From Callorhinchus milii (taxonomy: Eukaryota): a DNA stretch of 64,000 bases. How positions within the stretch are numbered: the first letter of the stretch is position 1; every line of letters starts with the position of its first letter. The notes under the pieces were generated by a model. That model was given only the letters and a program-made list of their open reading frames with translations, was not told the DNA's origin and did no database searches. Positions 35,949 through 48,998 of this stretch are shown here, piece by piece. The stretch is taken from contig NW_024704742.1 in the NCBI RefSeq assembly GCF_018977255.1, positions 32,366,001-32,430,000 of the forward strand, in the 5' to 3' direction. A program made the translations under genes and the position numbers.

Positions 35949-36756
35949 CAGGGTGACCAAAAAGTCATAATATCTTTACAATATCTAATAAGTCTTAAGG
36001 AAATTATGATTTTTTTAGGTTAGGTTATTTGAAAATTAAGAAAATTGAACTAGTCATGGAGAAATGGAGCAATGAACATCGTGCTGTAATTGTGGAACTG
36101 TACTTCTTGAATGGAAATTCGGTCGTCGTTGCAGTTTCGAAAAAAATTTGGATTACATGATAGTCCATCAAAGATGTCCATATTGTGCTATGTCTGCATT
36201 TGGTGGTACAGGAAGTATTAAACATGCACAAAGAAGTGGATGGCCTTGAACAGTGTGAACAGTTGAATCATTCAGAGGAGCGATGATCAGGAGCCCTAAA
36301 AAATCTGTTTGACGGCTGTCTCAAGAACTTGACCTAAAAAGATAGTCTGTGCGAAAAATACTAAAACGTGATTTGAAATTATTCCCTTACAAAATCCAAG
36401 TTATCCAACAGTTGTTACCTACTGACAAGGTGACAAAATCACCGACAAAATCGTCCACAATCAATAATGGCGCTGAAGGCTAATATCAGAGAGGCTGTGA
36501 AGTTCATTCCAGCCGAAAAACTCAGGAAAGTGATGGAAAATGTCATTTTCATTACACGAATGTGTACACGTACAGGGAAATCATCTTTACTGTATTATTT
36601 TTAAAGAGTACCGAGTTTATTTAATTTACTAAGAATACTACAGCAAAATCTTTTAATATTTATGCACTGAACACTTTTATAATGCACTTTATATCTTTGA
36701 AGATATAAAGTAATTATTATTAAAATAAATGTTATCATGACTTTTTGGTCACTCTG
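35949..36756 (+). mobile_element. Internally deleted Tc1/mariner DNA transposon (rosa/maT-like)
   Basis: TA|CAGGGTGACCAAAAAGTCAT...ATGACTTTTTGGTCACTCTG|TA; decayed transposase from ATG 36056: MEKWSNEHRAVIVELYF...SVRKILKRDLKLFPYKIQVIQQL, then ..SIMALKANIREAV..IP..LRKVMEN. Confidence 0.9.
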
Positions 36757-38079
36757 TATATCCTTAAAATGTATTCAACAAGTAACTCCTCAATAATAAT
36801 TTATGATTTGTTTACCACATTTAACCAATTGGTAAAACAATTTATTTATTATTGCAAATATTTAAATAGCTACAAATTAAAGAATCTTTTTTTAAAAAAG
36901 GAAAAGAATCATATAATATGATAAAAAAGCAAATTTATTTAAAAATCACTTTGTGTATGCCCTAAATGTTAAATAAATTACCATATAAATTATAACTTAC
37001 ATTCATGTAGCAGCTTTCACATCAAGGAGAACATATCAAGGCACTTGACAGTCATAGCTTAGGACCTGAGCTGAAAGAACCAAAAATATTATTTTAGGGT
37101 TAAGTGTTTATTTTGTGAAAAAATGCAATGACCCTACAGGAAGAAATGGAGTGGAATTTAAATTTGTATAGGGCTGTTCATTAGGGTGTGCCTAATTTGA
37201 CTCAAAGAGGGTTGTTTAGTCATACTGGAGTTTCTATATAGGGAAAATCAAGTCCTGGTAAATATTGCACTGGACCTAAACTTTCCGAGATATCGCTAAC
37301 TGGATGGGACAAAATTATCTGATTTATATTTAACAACATTTGCTTTACATCTACACATACACAAATATGACTTTCAGGAGATTTATCACAAGTAACAATA
37401 AACAAAGTTTCAAAATAACAATAACATCATCTGGGTTGCATACAACTTTGCACACATCGGTTGCAATGTTACAATAGCACAACAATTGGAAATTGATTAA
37501 CCCAATCAATTATGTTGGCTGTTAACAGTAAAATTTAATTTTCAACCTTACAGCACAATTACATACTTGTATTGAGTCTATGATTCATCAAAAGTCAAAA
37601 GAAATTTTGGCAACATGGGGTAAAATGTTAAAATTTATAGCTGATACAAAGTAGGGAGTTGTGGCTAACTGGGAAGAGGAGCAATAAAGTTGATCCATTG
37701 TTGGAGAGATAAGGAATGATTAGATAAGATAGGATTCTTAAGCCTTGAGACATTGCACAGGAAACCTCATAAAACCTCAGGAAATCTCATAAAACCTCAG
37801 GAAACCAGATTCTAGATGGATTTGTGAATTCTGGATAATACTACAATATTAGATATCTCAAGACATGTTGGTTTAGGGTTATACGGGACACTTCAGGACA
37901 GAAACCAGGTATTTCTTTACCCAGAGGGTAGTTAATGACTGAAACATGAAGGGTTATCAGGAAAGGTGGTTGAGTCCAGGATGCTGGACTTTAAGAAGCA
38001 GCTTGATAATGTGCTGGGAGGATGGTAAGAGTTGTCTTCATCCTAATCTCCCTTGAGATCTTGTGACTATAAATGGCAT

Positions 38080-38865
38080 TGGGAGGATACTGATGTACTA
38101 GTGGATTGGGCAGATAGATGGTAGGCAAAATATAATAAAGAAAATTGTGAGGTGATATATTAAGTGGTAAACCGTTAAAACAAGTGGAAGAGCAGAGAGA
38201 TTAATATACACAAATCTTTAAAGGTGGGAGCTACAAAGCTATAAAAAAGCTAATGAAATAACGTTTTATAATTTGTGGTGTAGAATATAGCACCAATGGA
38301 GTAATGCTAAGCCTGGATAAATCATTTGTTATTTCACTGTTAAGAGTATTATGTCCAGTTTTGGGTAGCCTACCGTCGGAAAGCATGCCAATGTCATAGA
38401 GAGGGTGCAGTGGAGATTCACAAGGAGGATTCCAGGGATTTAATGTAGAGGAAATACTAGGCTGTTTTCGATAGATATTATAAGATCTGTTTTTTAAATT
38501 ACAGTTCCACTGAATTGGTAAACAGAGGGCATAGATTTAAGGTGGTAACAATACATTTTTGCATAGATTTAAGGTAGTAATAATAACCCTTGCATTTGAT
38601 ATACTACCTATAACCTGGAGAAAATCTCAAAAAGCATTACCAAAAGAGCAAAGGGGGAGGTTCGGAGATTTTTTTTATATACAGAGTTTTGTTAGGCTAC
38701 AGAATGCCCTTTTTAGAACTGTGGTTGAGGTAAGATCCGTTACCGTACTAGTTTTTAAGAAGAAATTAGATAAATATTTGAAAAGGATACACCCGGACAA
38801 GGTATGGGCAAAAGGCAAGAGAATGGGACTTCAGAGAGCTTGCACAGGGGCCAAATAGCTCTTCT
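38080..38865 (+). mobile_element. Old decayed CR1 fragment
   Basis: Remnants such as GAGAGGGTGCAGTGGAGATTCACAAGG (ERVQ.RFTR). Confidence 0.7.
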
Positions 38866-38869
38866 GGAT

Positions 38870-39270
38870 GGTGAATGTCAAGAGGTCTAAGAATAGCTGC
38901 TTGTCAGGTCAACACAGTGCACACTGACTCTTGGTGCCAGAATCTTATAGAGAAGTTAATGATATGATGACAGATTTCCTCCAGCTTTTCCAATTGCAAA
39001 CACACAGAAACACACAGACAGACACACACTGACACACTTGTGGGGTGGGGGGGGGGGGGGGGGGATGCAGGGCTGGATCACGTGAGAGCAGGTACAAGAG
39101 TATCAGGGCTCAGACACAGACCAGCACAGCCAGGAGAGAGAGAGAGAGAGAGAGGGAGCATTGCATCTCAACACCTGCTCACCAGCCAGCAGCCCCTACA
39201 CAGAAACAGCTTGTCCGAGAGCTGTTGGGGTTTGATTTGATTTTTTTTCAAACAAAGAAGAGAAGTTATC
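38870..39270 (+). promoter_or_regulatory. Putative ACTN2 proximal promoter / 5'UTR
   Basis: Directly upstream of the ATG; MEF2-like CTAAGAATAG 38887-38896, TGTCA/TGACAG motifs, CACGTG ~39079, poly-G and (GA)n tracts. Confidence 0.45.
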
Positions 39271-39405
39271 ATGACTGAAGCAGAAGAAAGCGTGCAATAC
39301 AATAACCACTACTATGAGAGCGAGTTGGAGGTGTACATGTTGCAGGAGGAGGACTGGGACAGGGACCTGCTGCTGGACCCAGCCTGGGAGAAACAGCAGA
39401 GGAAG
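39271..39405 (+). CDS. ACTN2: Alpha-actinin-2 coding exon 1
   Basis: [15 protein letters not shown]...[24 protein letters not shown]|gtgggt; the VQYN N-terminus and linkage to HEATR1/LGALS8 favour ACTN2 over other paralogues. Confidence 0.93.
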
Positions 39406-42400
39406 GTGGGTGCAAAGGAGAGCCCCCTGGGCAATGCCTGGGCTCTGTTAAGAATCGCAGTCTGTTTCCACAGGTCCCCTGATAACTCACGTTGTTTCTG
39501 ATAACCCCAGTGCAATAGATTGGAGGCAACCTTTTTTTTCACCTTGTTGAAAAGAATGCAGTCTTAAGTATCACAAACCTTGTTACAACAAGAAGAATCC
39601 TTGCATTTGATATCGCGCCTTATCATCTTGTTGAGACGTCTCAAAGCGCTTTGCAGAATATACTGTAAAGTGAATTAGTTGTATATTTTGTGGGTGAATA
39701 ATAATGTACTGTAAAACGAATTGACTGTATATAGAACTTGAAATGACCGTTTGATTATTTTCCCCAAAGCTAACAATAAATCTCATTTCTCTATTGCTCA
39801 ATGGCTCACTTGTAAGAAAGCAGTTGTGTTGGATTTCACGTTGAAGAGATGGAAAAGTCTGTTGAACCCCCACTCTGTGGTTTTTGGATTTGTTTTTAGT
39901 AATTACCAAATAAATTCAGCGATAAAACAATAGTGTCTGCAACACTATTGTGCATGTTGAGATTGGTATGCCAGTGTTATGCATGGCATGCAATGTGTCA
40001 ACAGATACTTGTAACAGAGGGTGACGTCTTAGGGATTAGAATGGACCAGACACCTAATTATAGCTGCAGTTCACTGAGTATTATAGTCTCTCCAAATCCA
40101 TTGCCTTTATCTAGAATGATTTGCTGCAATCACCAGTTACTACCAACATAAACTTTTGCCAAACTGTGATTCTTAAAATCTCTTTCACGAGTTCTACCTT
40201 TAATTTTTATGTATCTCAGAACTAACAGATAGAAAGGGGCAGAGGGAATGGGGTAAGAAAGTGACTTGCGTCAGACAGTTTGGCAATTCAGTTAGCAGAT
40301 TTTTTTTCGTGAATGTTGCACACGTGCTAAAAATTAGGCATTGCAATAGCAACCATAGTAATCAGAGAACCACTGTGTCCTGGCCAACAATATCTTAAAA
40401 GAAAATTGGTCACTCAATTCATGGCTGTTTGTGGGACATTGCTGTGTGCAAATTGGCTTCCGTGTTTGCCCACAAACACACAGTTAACCCTATTCAGTAA
40501 ATTCTGTGTAGGCTTTTGGGACGTCCTCCCGACGTGAAAGGTGCTATTTCAAATGCAAGGATTATTGTTATTATATTACATTTTAATTTTCAATGTTGAA
40601 ATTGAAACTAGGAGCACACTTCATGTTATCCCATGATGTTTAAAATTCTGACTGGTTAGCTTTGAGTGGAGAGAGCTGAGAGAGAAATTCATGCTCCTTG
40701 GCTCCACCTTTCCATTTATTTCTGGCAAGTTCAGTGCCCTGGAATCCTGATTACTGCTGTGCTGTCAGGTGGAGGTTTGATGAGGAAGGGAGGGCTATTT
40801 TCACCTCTTGACAGTTTTGAGTGGTATTTTCATGGGCCTCTGTTTTGGGAATAGTACTTAGGGACCGAAAAGAAGGAAGGGAAATAAAACCGCAATAAAC
40901 AGTACATAAATCACAAATACCATTTGAGCCAGCACAAGCTTATTGCTGCGTGGGTGAGGGACTACCCAATGGAAAGCATGACCTTGCACCAGTTGTTTGC
41001 ACAGTGTTTGTTTGAAGAGGGATCAATGACTTGTTAGCAAATAATTATGAAGCATATTAAAAATACTTCACTGATGACTAATGCAATTCAAATGGAATAA
41101 GTGTTATACCCATGGAAATGTTCACTAACCCATAATACTGTGAAACATGTGGATGTCGCCCTAATGAATTTGACTTTCTTTTGCATCCACAATATTAAAG
41201 AAACTGCATTTTCTCTTATTAGCCAATACGACATGTACAAATACAAAGTATGACAATTTCCCCTTACAAGCACAAATGTGATACTTGATCAAGTGTAATC
41301 TCTTGCTGGATTCTTGGTCTCGCTTCAGAAGGTATAAAATATCTCCCAGATTTACAGATTGAATCCAAAATGTCATTACTTAGAGTAAATAAGAATTCAG
41401 AAGAAATCTGAAACTAGTACTATGTGATCACACAAGAAATATTTACAGATAGTTAAAGATTGATGTCTTGTCAACCTGTTCTTGCAGTTAGTAACACAGG
41501 TGAAGTTCTTTGGTTTCATAATAGAGCTTTGAAATAATGGATTTCTTCAGTTCAAGTCAATTTGTGATGACTCACAGAGCCTTGCGCGTGAATGAAATAC
41601 TGGAAACATGGACTGCAGAATTCATAAATGTTCTCATTTAAACTTGAAAAGTATTTTAAACAAAGTTACAATATTAAAAAATGTGGCTTAAGTATACCAC
41701 ACTCCTCATTACTAGATCACAAAACATTTTTTATAAAGAACAACTTTCATTTGTATAGCGCCCTTGTATTTGCATTTGTATAGCGCCCTTCACGCAGTGT
41801 AGCGTCTCGGAGTGCTTCTGGCTTGTTCTAATGAACTGACTCTCTCCTTGCCTATCTTCAGATCACACCTGAATATCTTCCTCTTTGATCCTGGCTTCAG
41901 TTACTTGTCGCCCCCCTCTTTCTGGATTAGCGTCAAGCCACGCTGCTGTTTAAGCACTCTGAGATGCTACACGTGAAATTACAAGGAAATTGTGTTGTTG
42001 TTTGGTTATCTGGAAGAATATTATCTAATAATATTATCTAGGCCTTTGTGTTTTAAACCAGTTGTTAAATTTTAAAGTATTTTACAACAGGAATAACTCT
42101 TCCCATGTTTAACAGTCATTAACAGACTGTGTATCAGTCTGTATCAGAGATTTGTTACAAACAGCGTCAACTATCTAGGAGGACTGATGATACAATACTA
42201 ATATTTATATAAGACAAAGTGCCTGGATATAAGCAATATTTGCAAGTTTTCCATCCAATGCTGCACTGTGGTCATGTTTTGTGTATGATTTTAAAAAGAT
42301 GGAATTTAAAATCTGTTTTTTTTCATTGTAAACAATAGAAATTGTAACAAATTGACTCTTCCCCACAATAAAAACGTAATCCTGTGAGATCATTTTACAA

Positions 42401-42967
42401 GGTGATCAGCGTCACCTTGAAGTGTGATAGGTCGGATAATGCTTCTGAACAACTTGAACTTTGCCCTCATGATTTCTGATATTCAATAAGCACCACCTTG
42501 TGACAGTGATTTTGTTAATCTTGGTTTTCTGTTCTCCACATCTTCGGGGAAGAACTGTAATACTCTGTGGTAGTGTTTTGGGAGCTTCTGGAAACCATCT
42601 GCAACATTTCCTTGGATAGTTGGGAATTTAGGCAAAATAGAATATTTTGGGGTTTGACGTGAACGTGTGGTTCAAATTTAGAAATCTGACTATGAATTAC
42701 CTGGACATGCATTCAATCTGTAGCTCTTTGCTGAACAAAAGTCTCAGAGTGAAGCTCAACAACTGGCAATCAGAATCCATGATCAGTGGTGACCGGTTTC
42801 ACACAAGTTGGTGTTATGAACATTGGTGAGGAGGCAAAGATGGGTGGGGAAAAGAAGAAGGAAGGAACTCGCTTCTGGCACTTAATGGGTAGTTCCTATC
42901 CAATAAAGTAGGATTCAACTGCATGCTCGGACTGCAGTGTGCTTCACTGAGTCACAGAAATAGGATA

Positions 42968-43295
42968 GTAATAATAATAATAATCCTTGCACTTCATAAA
43001 GCGCTTTATCACGTCTTTGAGACGTCTCAAAGTGCTTCACATATACTGTAAAGTGAATTGACTGTATATTTTGTGGCCAAAACGTGGCAGCCAATTGCAC
43101 ACAACAGTGTCCTGCAAACAGTCGTGGATTGAGGTGACCAATTTTTTTAAAAAGAATTATTACCACCGGAAAAGTGATTCACCAATCGACTAATAATGGA
43201 TTCCTACTTACTGCTAGGTAAACAGAGGTGTGTGGAGTAAGGAAACGTATCCAACATTTATCCCTGAAGGGAATCAAACCCAGGTTTCTTACTTG

Positions 43296-43331
<36 letters not shown>
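42968..43331 (-). mobile_element. SINE, longer subfamily, followed by (TTA)n
   Basis: Reverse-complement similarity to the 7982 and 57481 copies. Confidence 0.8.
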
Positions 43332-46300
43332 GATGAGAGTAAGATGACTCTGTGAATTGGTATCAAAGACAAAAGAAGTTGATTTCTAAAAATCAAAGTT
43401 CAGTCTTTCTGTCCAATTCAAACAGTATGCTTGAACTGCTTTTCTTGTCTTGCTTCAATTATGATATGAAGCTCTAGCCTCATCCTAGCTTCACAAAGTC
43501 AGAAGTGCAGTATGTCTATTGTGAGCTTTACTGCCATGCGCTATTTCTTTTTCTTTCCCTTTTAAGGTAATGTTTAACATGGCAGACTAAAGCTGCTGAT
43601 AGAGGCGATTGGTGGTGTACTGCAGACAACATTCAAATGTCAGAACATTGTGTACCTCTAACCTGTCTTCAGCTAACATACTTGTGCACCACCTTTTGCA
43701 CTGTGAAGCAATGTAAAGGAAATGCGATGAATAAAAGATTAAAAGTTCAAAAGATTTATAGCTATCATCTTAATCCCTTTAGTATGAATACTGCCTTGTA
43801 ATCACTGCTCATGAATAGTCACTACACTTGACAAACTTAAAAGTGAAGTGAAGCCACGGTTTTTGTATCATTCAGGAATCTGAATTGTATGCTTAGAAAT
43901 CGTAATAGTGTCAGAATTTGAAGTTCCAATGATATTCTATATAATATTGAGACGTAGAACTGAGTGATTTTATCTTTTAGATGTTAGTAACGTATGTTAG
44001 CAATGATGGATCCTCTTGAATTGAAGTTGAATGCTCTGGGCTATGTAATCTGCATTGGGTTGATTCATACTTAAGCATAGTACAAGGAAATAATAATTAA
44101 AAACACAGCAATCTCGTTATAACACTTGCCTGAGCCCATTATCTCAGATGCTACATTCCTGTGCAATGCACAGAAAATGATGGCATCAACTTGGTACTTT
44201 AGAATTCAGTCATTTTTTAACACAGGAAGTCAACTAGTCAATGCCAGAATGCAGGCCTATTGCGCTTCCCGTACAGCAATGATACACAGTAGACCTGTGC
44301 TCAACTACGGCACAATCTAAGAGTACTTCCTGTACTTCCTGCAATTGATGTAGCATTGATAATATCCAACATGTCAAAGACTTCCCAACTTTTCTGTAAA
44401 TTGTAGTGATTGTTAGATAGTGTATGGGTGAACACAGGATCCAATTTGCACACATAGAATTAGATTTATTTGTACATTTCATAAGGATTCTTTTCTAAGT
44501 GATTTAATACATTTATCGCAGGTGGAAAGCGTTAACAAATAATAATCCTTGCATTTGATATAATGTCTTATTACATCATTGAAACATTTCAAAATGCTTC
44601 CATGATTTACTGTAAAATGTAGTAACTTTGTATTTGTAATAAGAATAATCCTTGCATTTGATATAGCACCTTATCACGTTGTTGAGACGTCTCAAAGCAC
44701 TTCACAGAATATATTGTGAAGTGGATGGACTGTGTATTTGTTGGCAAACACAGCAACCAATTTGCACACCCACTGTTCCACAAACAGCTATTTTCTTTGT
44801 TCTCTGTATAGATCAAGTATTTTTAAGGGATATTGCTTGGAGGTGGACAAGTATTTATTTTTCAAAAGTAAGTTCTTATTTGACCACATCTCAAATTCTG
44901 GTAATCAGCACAGTCTTGAATTTGAATGAACTTGCTGCCACCCTATACTTTTGAAGTGTAGAAAATCATTGAATAGTACAGTATAAGCACGGTGCTGCTT
45001 TGTAACAGAAAGAATGTTGTGCTGGTTTCCTTGAAATGAAACAGTTGCCATTGCTGGCTAGCTCTTGGTGTTGTATTGCGGCACCTTTGACATTTAATAA
45101 CGTTAATTTTAGGAACAATGATCATGCTTTAAAAAGACAGCATTGACATTGCTGTCTCAGGCCAGTGACACTCAGGGACAGACTGCACAGTGATGGATTA
45201 TTTAAAAATAAGATATACAGGCAGTCTCGTGCAATTGAGTTATACAGAGCTAGAAGGTCCCAGGTTCAAAACCTGGTTTATGCTGATGTAGATGTTCTTA
45301 ACTAGGCTTGAGGTGGGGACGTAGGAGGGGGAAAGTCAACCAAGCTTTTTGTCAAGCAACAAAAGTCAACCAGCCAGGATGACTTAGTGAGTGATCTCTG
45401 TGCTTGGCTGGGCAACAGTTTGAGGGCAGATTTGGGCTTGCCGGTGATTTTCTTTCCTCTTCTCTCCCCCACTCCTAGCCTTTCATACACACAGAGTCAA
45501 AGTCAAGATTCAAACATGAAGAATAACCATTTGCGTGACATAGTCACAATCAAATGTAAGAAATGTTAAATAACGGAGGCTCCAGGTAAATAATATACTG
45601 TAATAATAATCCTTGCATTTCATATAGTGCCTTATCACATCATCAAGACATCTCAAAACACTTCACAGTAAATTGTAAAGTGGATTGACTGTATTCTGTA
45701 AGCAAAATATATAGTACCTTCTAATACCAAATGCAAGGATTAATATTACAGAGTATGTTTTAAAAATACTAATAAAATATAAAATAATATATAAAATGTA
45801 AAACCATATCCCAGCAAATAGTCCCTATTGTTAGCAAAGAAAGTACCTGATAATTTTATGAAAATGAATTACAACAACGACTTGCATTTGTAAAGTGCAG
45901 GATATCATCTCCTGAGTGCTGTTCTGAGGACTTTTTTGGGTGTATATAATGCAATTTTTTGTTGAGGAACAAAATGCAATTCCTTCTAGATTTTAATGTA
46001 ACTTGGATAACCTGTTAAGAGTGATGGCTTGACCTATAGACTTTGAGAAAATCTGAAAGGAAAAACTGAAGCTCATAGTTGAACAAAAATAGTATCCAGC
46101 TCAAAACAACTATAGAGTAAGTGGCAGCAGCAGAACTCCAGTTTTAAAACCCAGAATTTGTCACGGTTAATTATTCCTTTCAAACTGATGCCTTTAATCT
46201 TTGTTTAGCTTTGAAGCATTGTGGGAGGGTTCATTGCTGTGGGTAATAAAGTGCAATGTCATTTTAAGTTGTGCACAAACCTTTCATGTGGGTACTTTAA

Positions 46301-47634
46301 TCCAGTGATGTGCATTTAATAATATTTTAGACAATTGTTTAAACATCAGTTTGAACAGTATAACTGATGCAGGACAATAGCATTTGGGTCACTAAATGTG
46401 ATAAGCTTTGGAGAGAGATTATCCTGTGAACAAATTATTATAGGCAAATCTCAGTGAATTCACTCTTTAAATATAAATGTTATCATACTCTTGTTCCCCA
46501 ACACTATTTAGAAAACCTTTTTATGTTGGAAAAATGATTAAATCAATGTCACCCATGTACAGCCACCCCTTTATGTGGTCTTTGCTTTACAGTATTTAAT
46601 AACATTTTAAATCATTTATTAAAATATATTGATGCAGTATATTGACTGATTGATTGATCCAGCTGGTCCTATTAATTTTCCTTCCTATGTCTTGGTTAGC
46701 TGGAATGACAGACAGAGCCATGAAAACTTACCATCTGATACTCCTTCATCTCTGTCTCTCTTTCCATCACAATATGTCTGGTGACTTTATTTTGTCAGTA
46801 TTGCTATGGACATCCAGAGTTGTGTCTCTTCTTTCTCCCAAGCTCCAACTACTTTGTCCTACTCTCCTCCTCCTTGCATCCTTTCTGTTTAGTAATATGA
46901 AATGCATCGAGACATTCACCTTATGAGAAAAGTGCTATATTAATGTTATCAAAAACACATGATTGTCGCTGAATCTGACCCGTTCTTACCTAAGCTCTCA
47001 AGATTGCAAAATTCCTTATCATTTTCAGTCTTAATCCATGCTTGTTAGTACCTCTCAGCTTCTTGATTATCTTGTTTTCTCCTGAACTTACCAACTGAAA
47101 CATAGAAGGGAAAGCTAAAATAATTTTTAGTCACAGTTATTTGATTGCCGAATGCATTACCATAAATGGCTATTGAAACCAAGTCAATTCTGTTAATTCA
47201 AGAGGTATCAGATCAACCCTCGAAGAATAAAGATATAAAAGGATGTGCAGAAAGAATAGGGAAAAAGGATCAGATTAGATGGTTCCAACAAAGAACTGGC
47301 ATGATTCAGGGATGACAGGCCGAATGGCATTTTTCTATGGTGTAATTTTTATGATCATCTTCTCAATTTTTGTAGTGTACTGGAGTATGAGTTTTGGTGC
47401 CTCTGTACTGCTGAAAAATGCTTTGGGGGAGCAATATTGCCCTAAATTAAAGTCATTCTTTAGTTTCTGTTCCATAAAAGAAACTACAGAGACGATGCAG
47501 TACAAATTAATGTACTACGGTCATCACAACGGCATGTCCTTCATTCTCTTTCTCTTTCCCCTTCAGGTTTATGTTTGTTATTCATAAAATACTTCTTTTA
47601 CACTTCAGATTGTTTGAATGTGGAATGTTGGACC

Positions 47635-48998
47635 GCTACTCAGACTGGTAGGGGGTGGGCAGTGGTGTTCCACAACGATCGGTATTGGGACCACTGTTGT
47701 TCACAATATACATTAATGATTTGGATTCGGGAATCAGCAGTATAATTTCAAAATTTGCAGACAACACCAAATTGGGGGAAGTAGTTAATACAGAGGAGGA
47801 CTGCAACAAATTACAGCAAGACATTAATAAACTTGCTGAGTGGGCATTTAAATGGCAAATGTAGAAAAGTGTTCAGTGGTACATTTTGGTAGAAGGAATA
47901 AGGAAGTCACATACATCCTGGAAAATAAAAACCTAAATTAGGTAGATGAGCAAAGGGATCTAGGAGTATACAGACACAATTAACTAAAAGTAGCAACACA
48001 GGTTAATAAGGCCCTAAAAAAGGCAAACCGGGGATTGGGGTTCATTTCTAGAGGGATAGAAATGAAAAGCAGGGAAGTTATGGTAAACTGCTATAGACCC
48101 TTGGTTAGACCACACTTAGACTACTGTGTGCAGTTCTGGTCCCTACATTATAGAAGGGATGTAGAGGCACTGGAGAGGGTGCAAAGGAGATTCACAATGA
48201 TGATCCTGGAACTGAGAGGTTATACCTATCAGGAAAGGCTGAACATACTTGGACTCTTTTCTTTTGAAAAGAGGAGGGTAAGGGGTGACCTGATAGAGGT
48301 CTTTAAAATGATGAAAGGTTTTGATAGGGTAGACATAGGGAAGATGTTTCCACTTGTGGGGGAAACCAAAACCAGGGACCATCGATATAAAATAGTCACA
48401 AATAGATCAAATAAGGAAGTTAGAAGAAATTCCTTCACACGGTAGTGGGAATGTGGAACAATCTACCACAAGGAGTTGTGGAGGCAAATAGCATAGATGT
48501 ATTTAAGGGAAAGCTAGATAGGTATATGAGGGAGAAAGTAATAGAAGGTTATGCTTGTAGGCTTAGTTGAGGAAGGGCAGGAGGAGGCTCATTTGAAGCA
48601 TAACCACCGGCATAGACCAGTTGGGCTGAGTGGCCTGTTTCTGTGCTGTATATTCTAATGTATAATGTATGAGTGGCTGTTGAATGCAAGTTCATAAACA
48701 GCTTTCAAAACAAAATTGGAAATACTTGAGGCAAATAATATACACTATAAATAATCTTTGCATTTGATACAGCATCTGATCATGTTGTTGCAATGTCTCA
48801 AAACCCTTCACTGGATTGAAACATTTTCAAGGCTGAGACTGATAGATTCTTGAAATATAGAAGGATTAGGGGATATGGGGATAGGGCAGGTAATCAGAGT
48901 TAGGTGAGAAGATCAGCCATGATCTTATTGAATGGCGGAGCAGGCACGAAGGGCCGAATGGCCTACTCCTGCTCCTAATTCTTATGTTCTTATGTTCT
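47635..48998 (+). mobile_element. CR1 ORF2 RT fragment plus a second CR1 3' end
   Basis: SGVPQRSVLGPLLFTIYINDLD..KFADNTK, LVRPHLDYCVQFWS, RRVRGDLIEVFK; (TTCTTATG)n tail. Confidence 0.95.
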
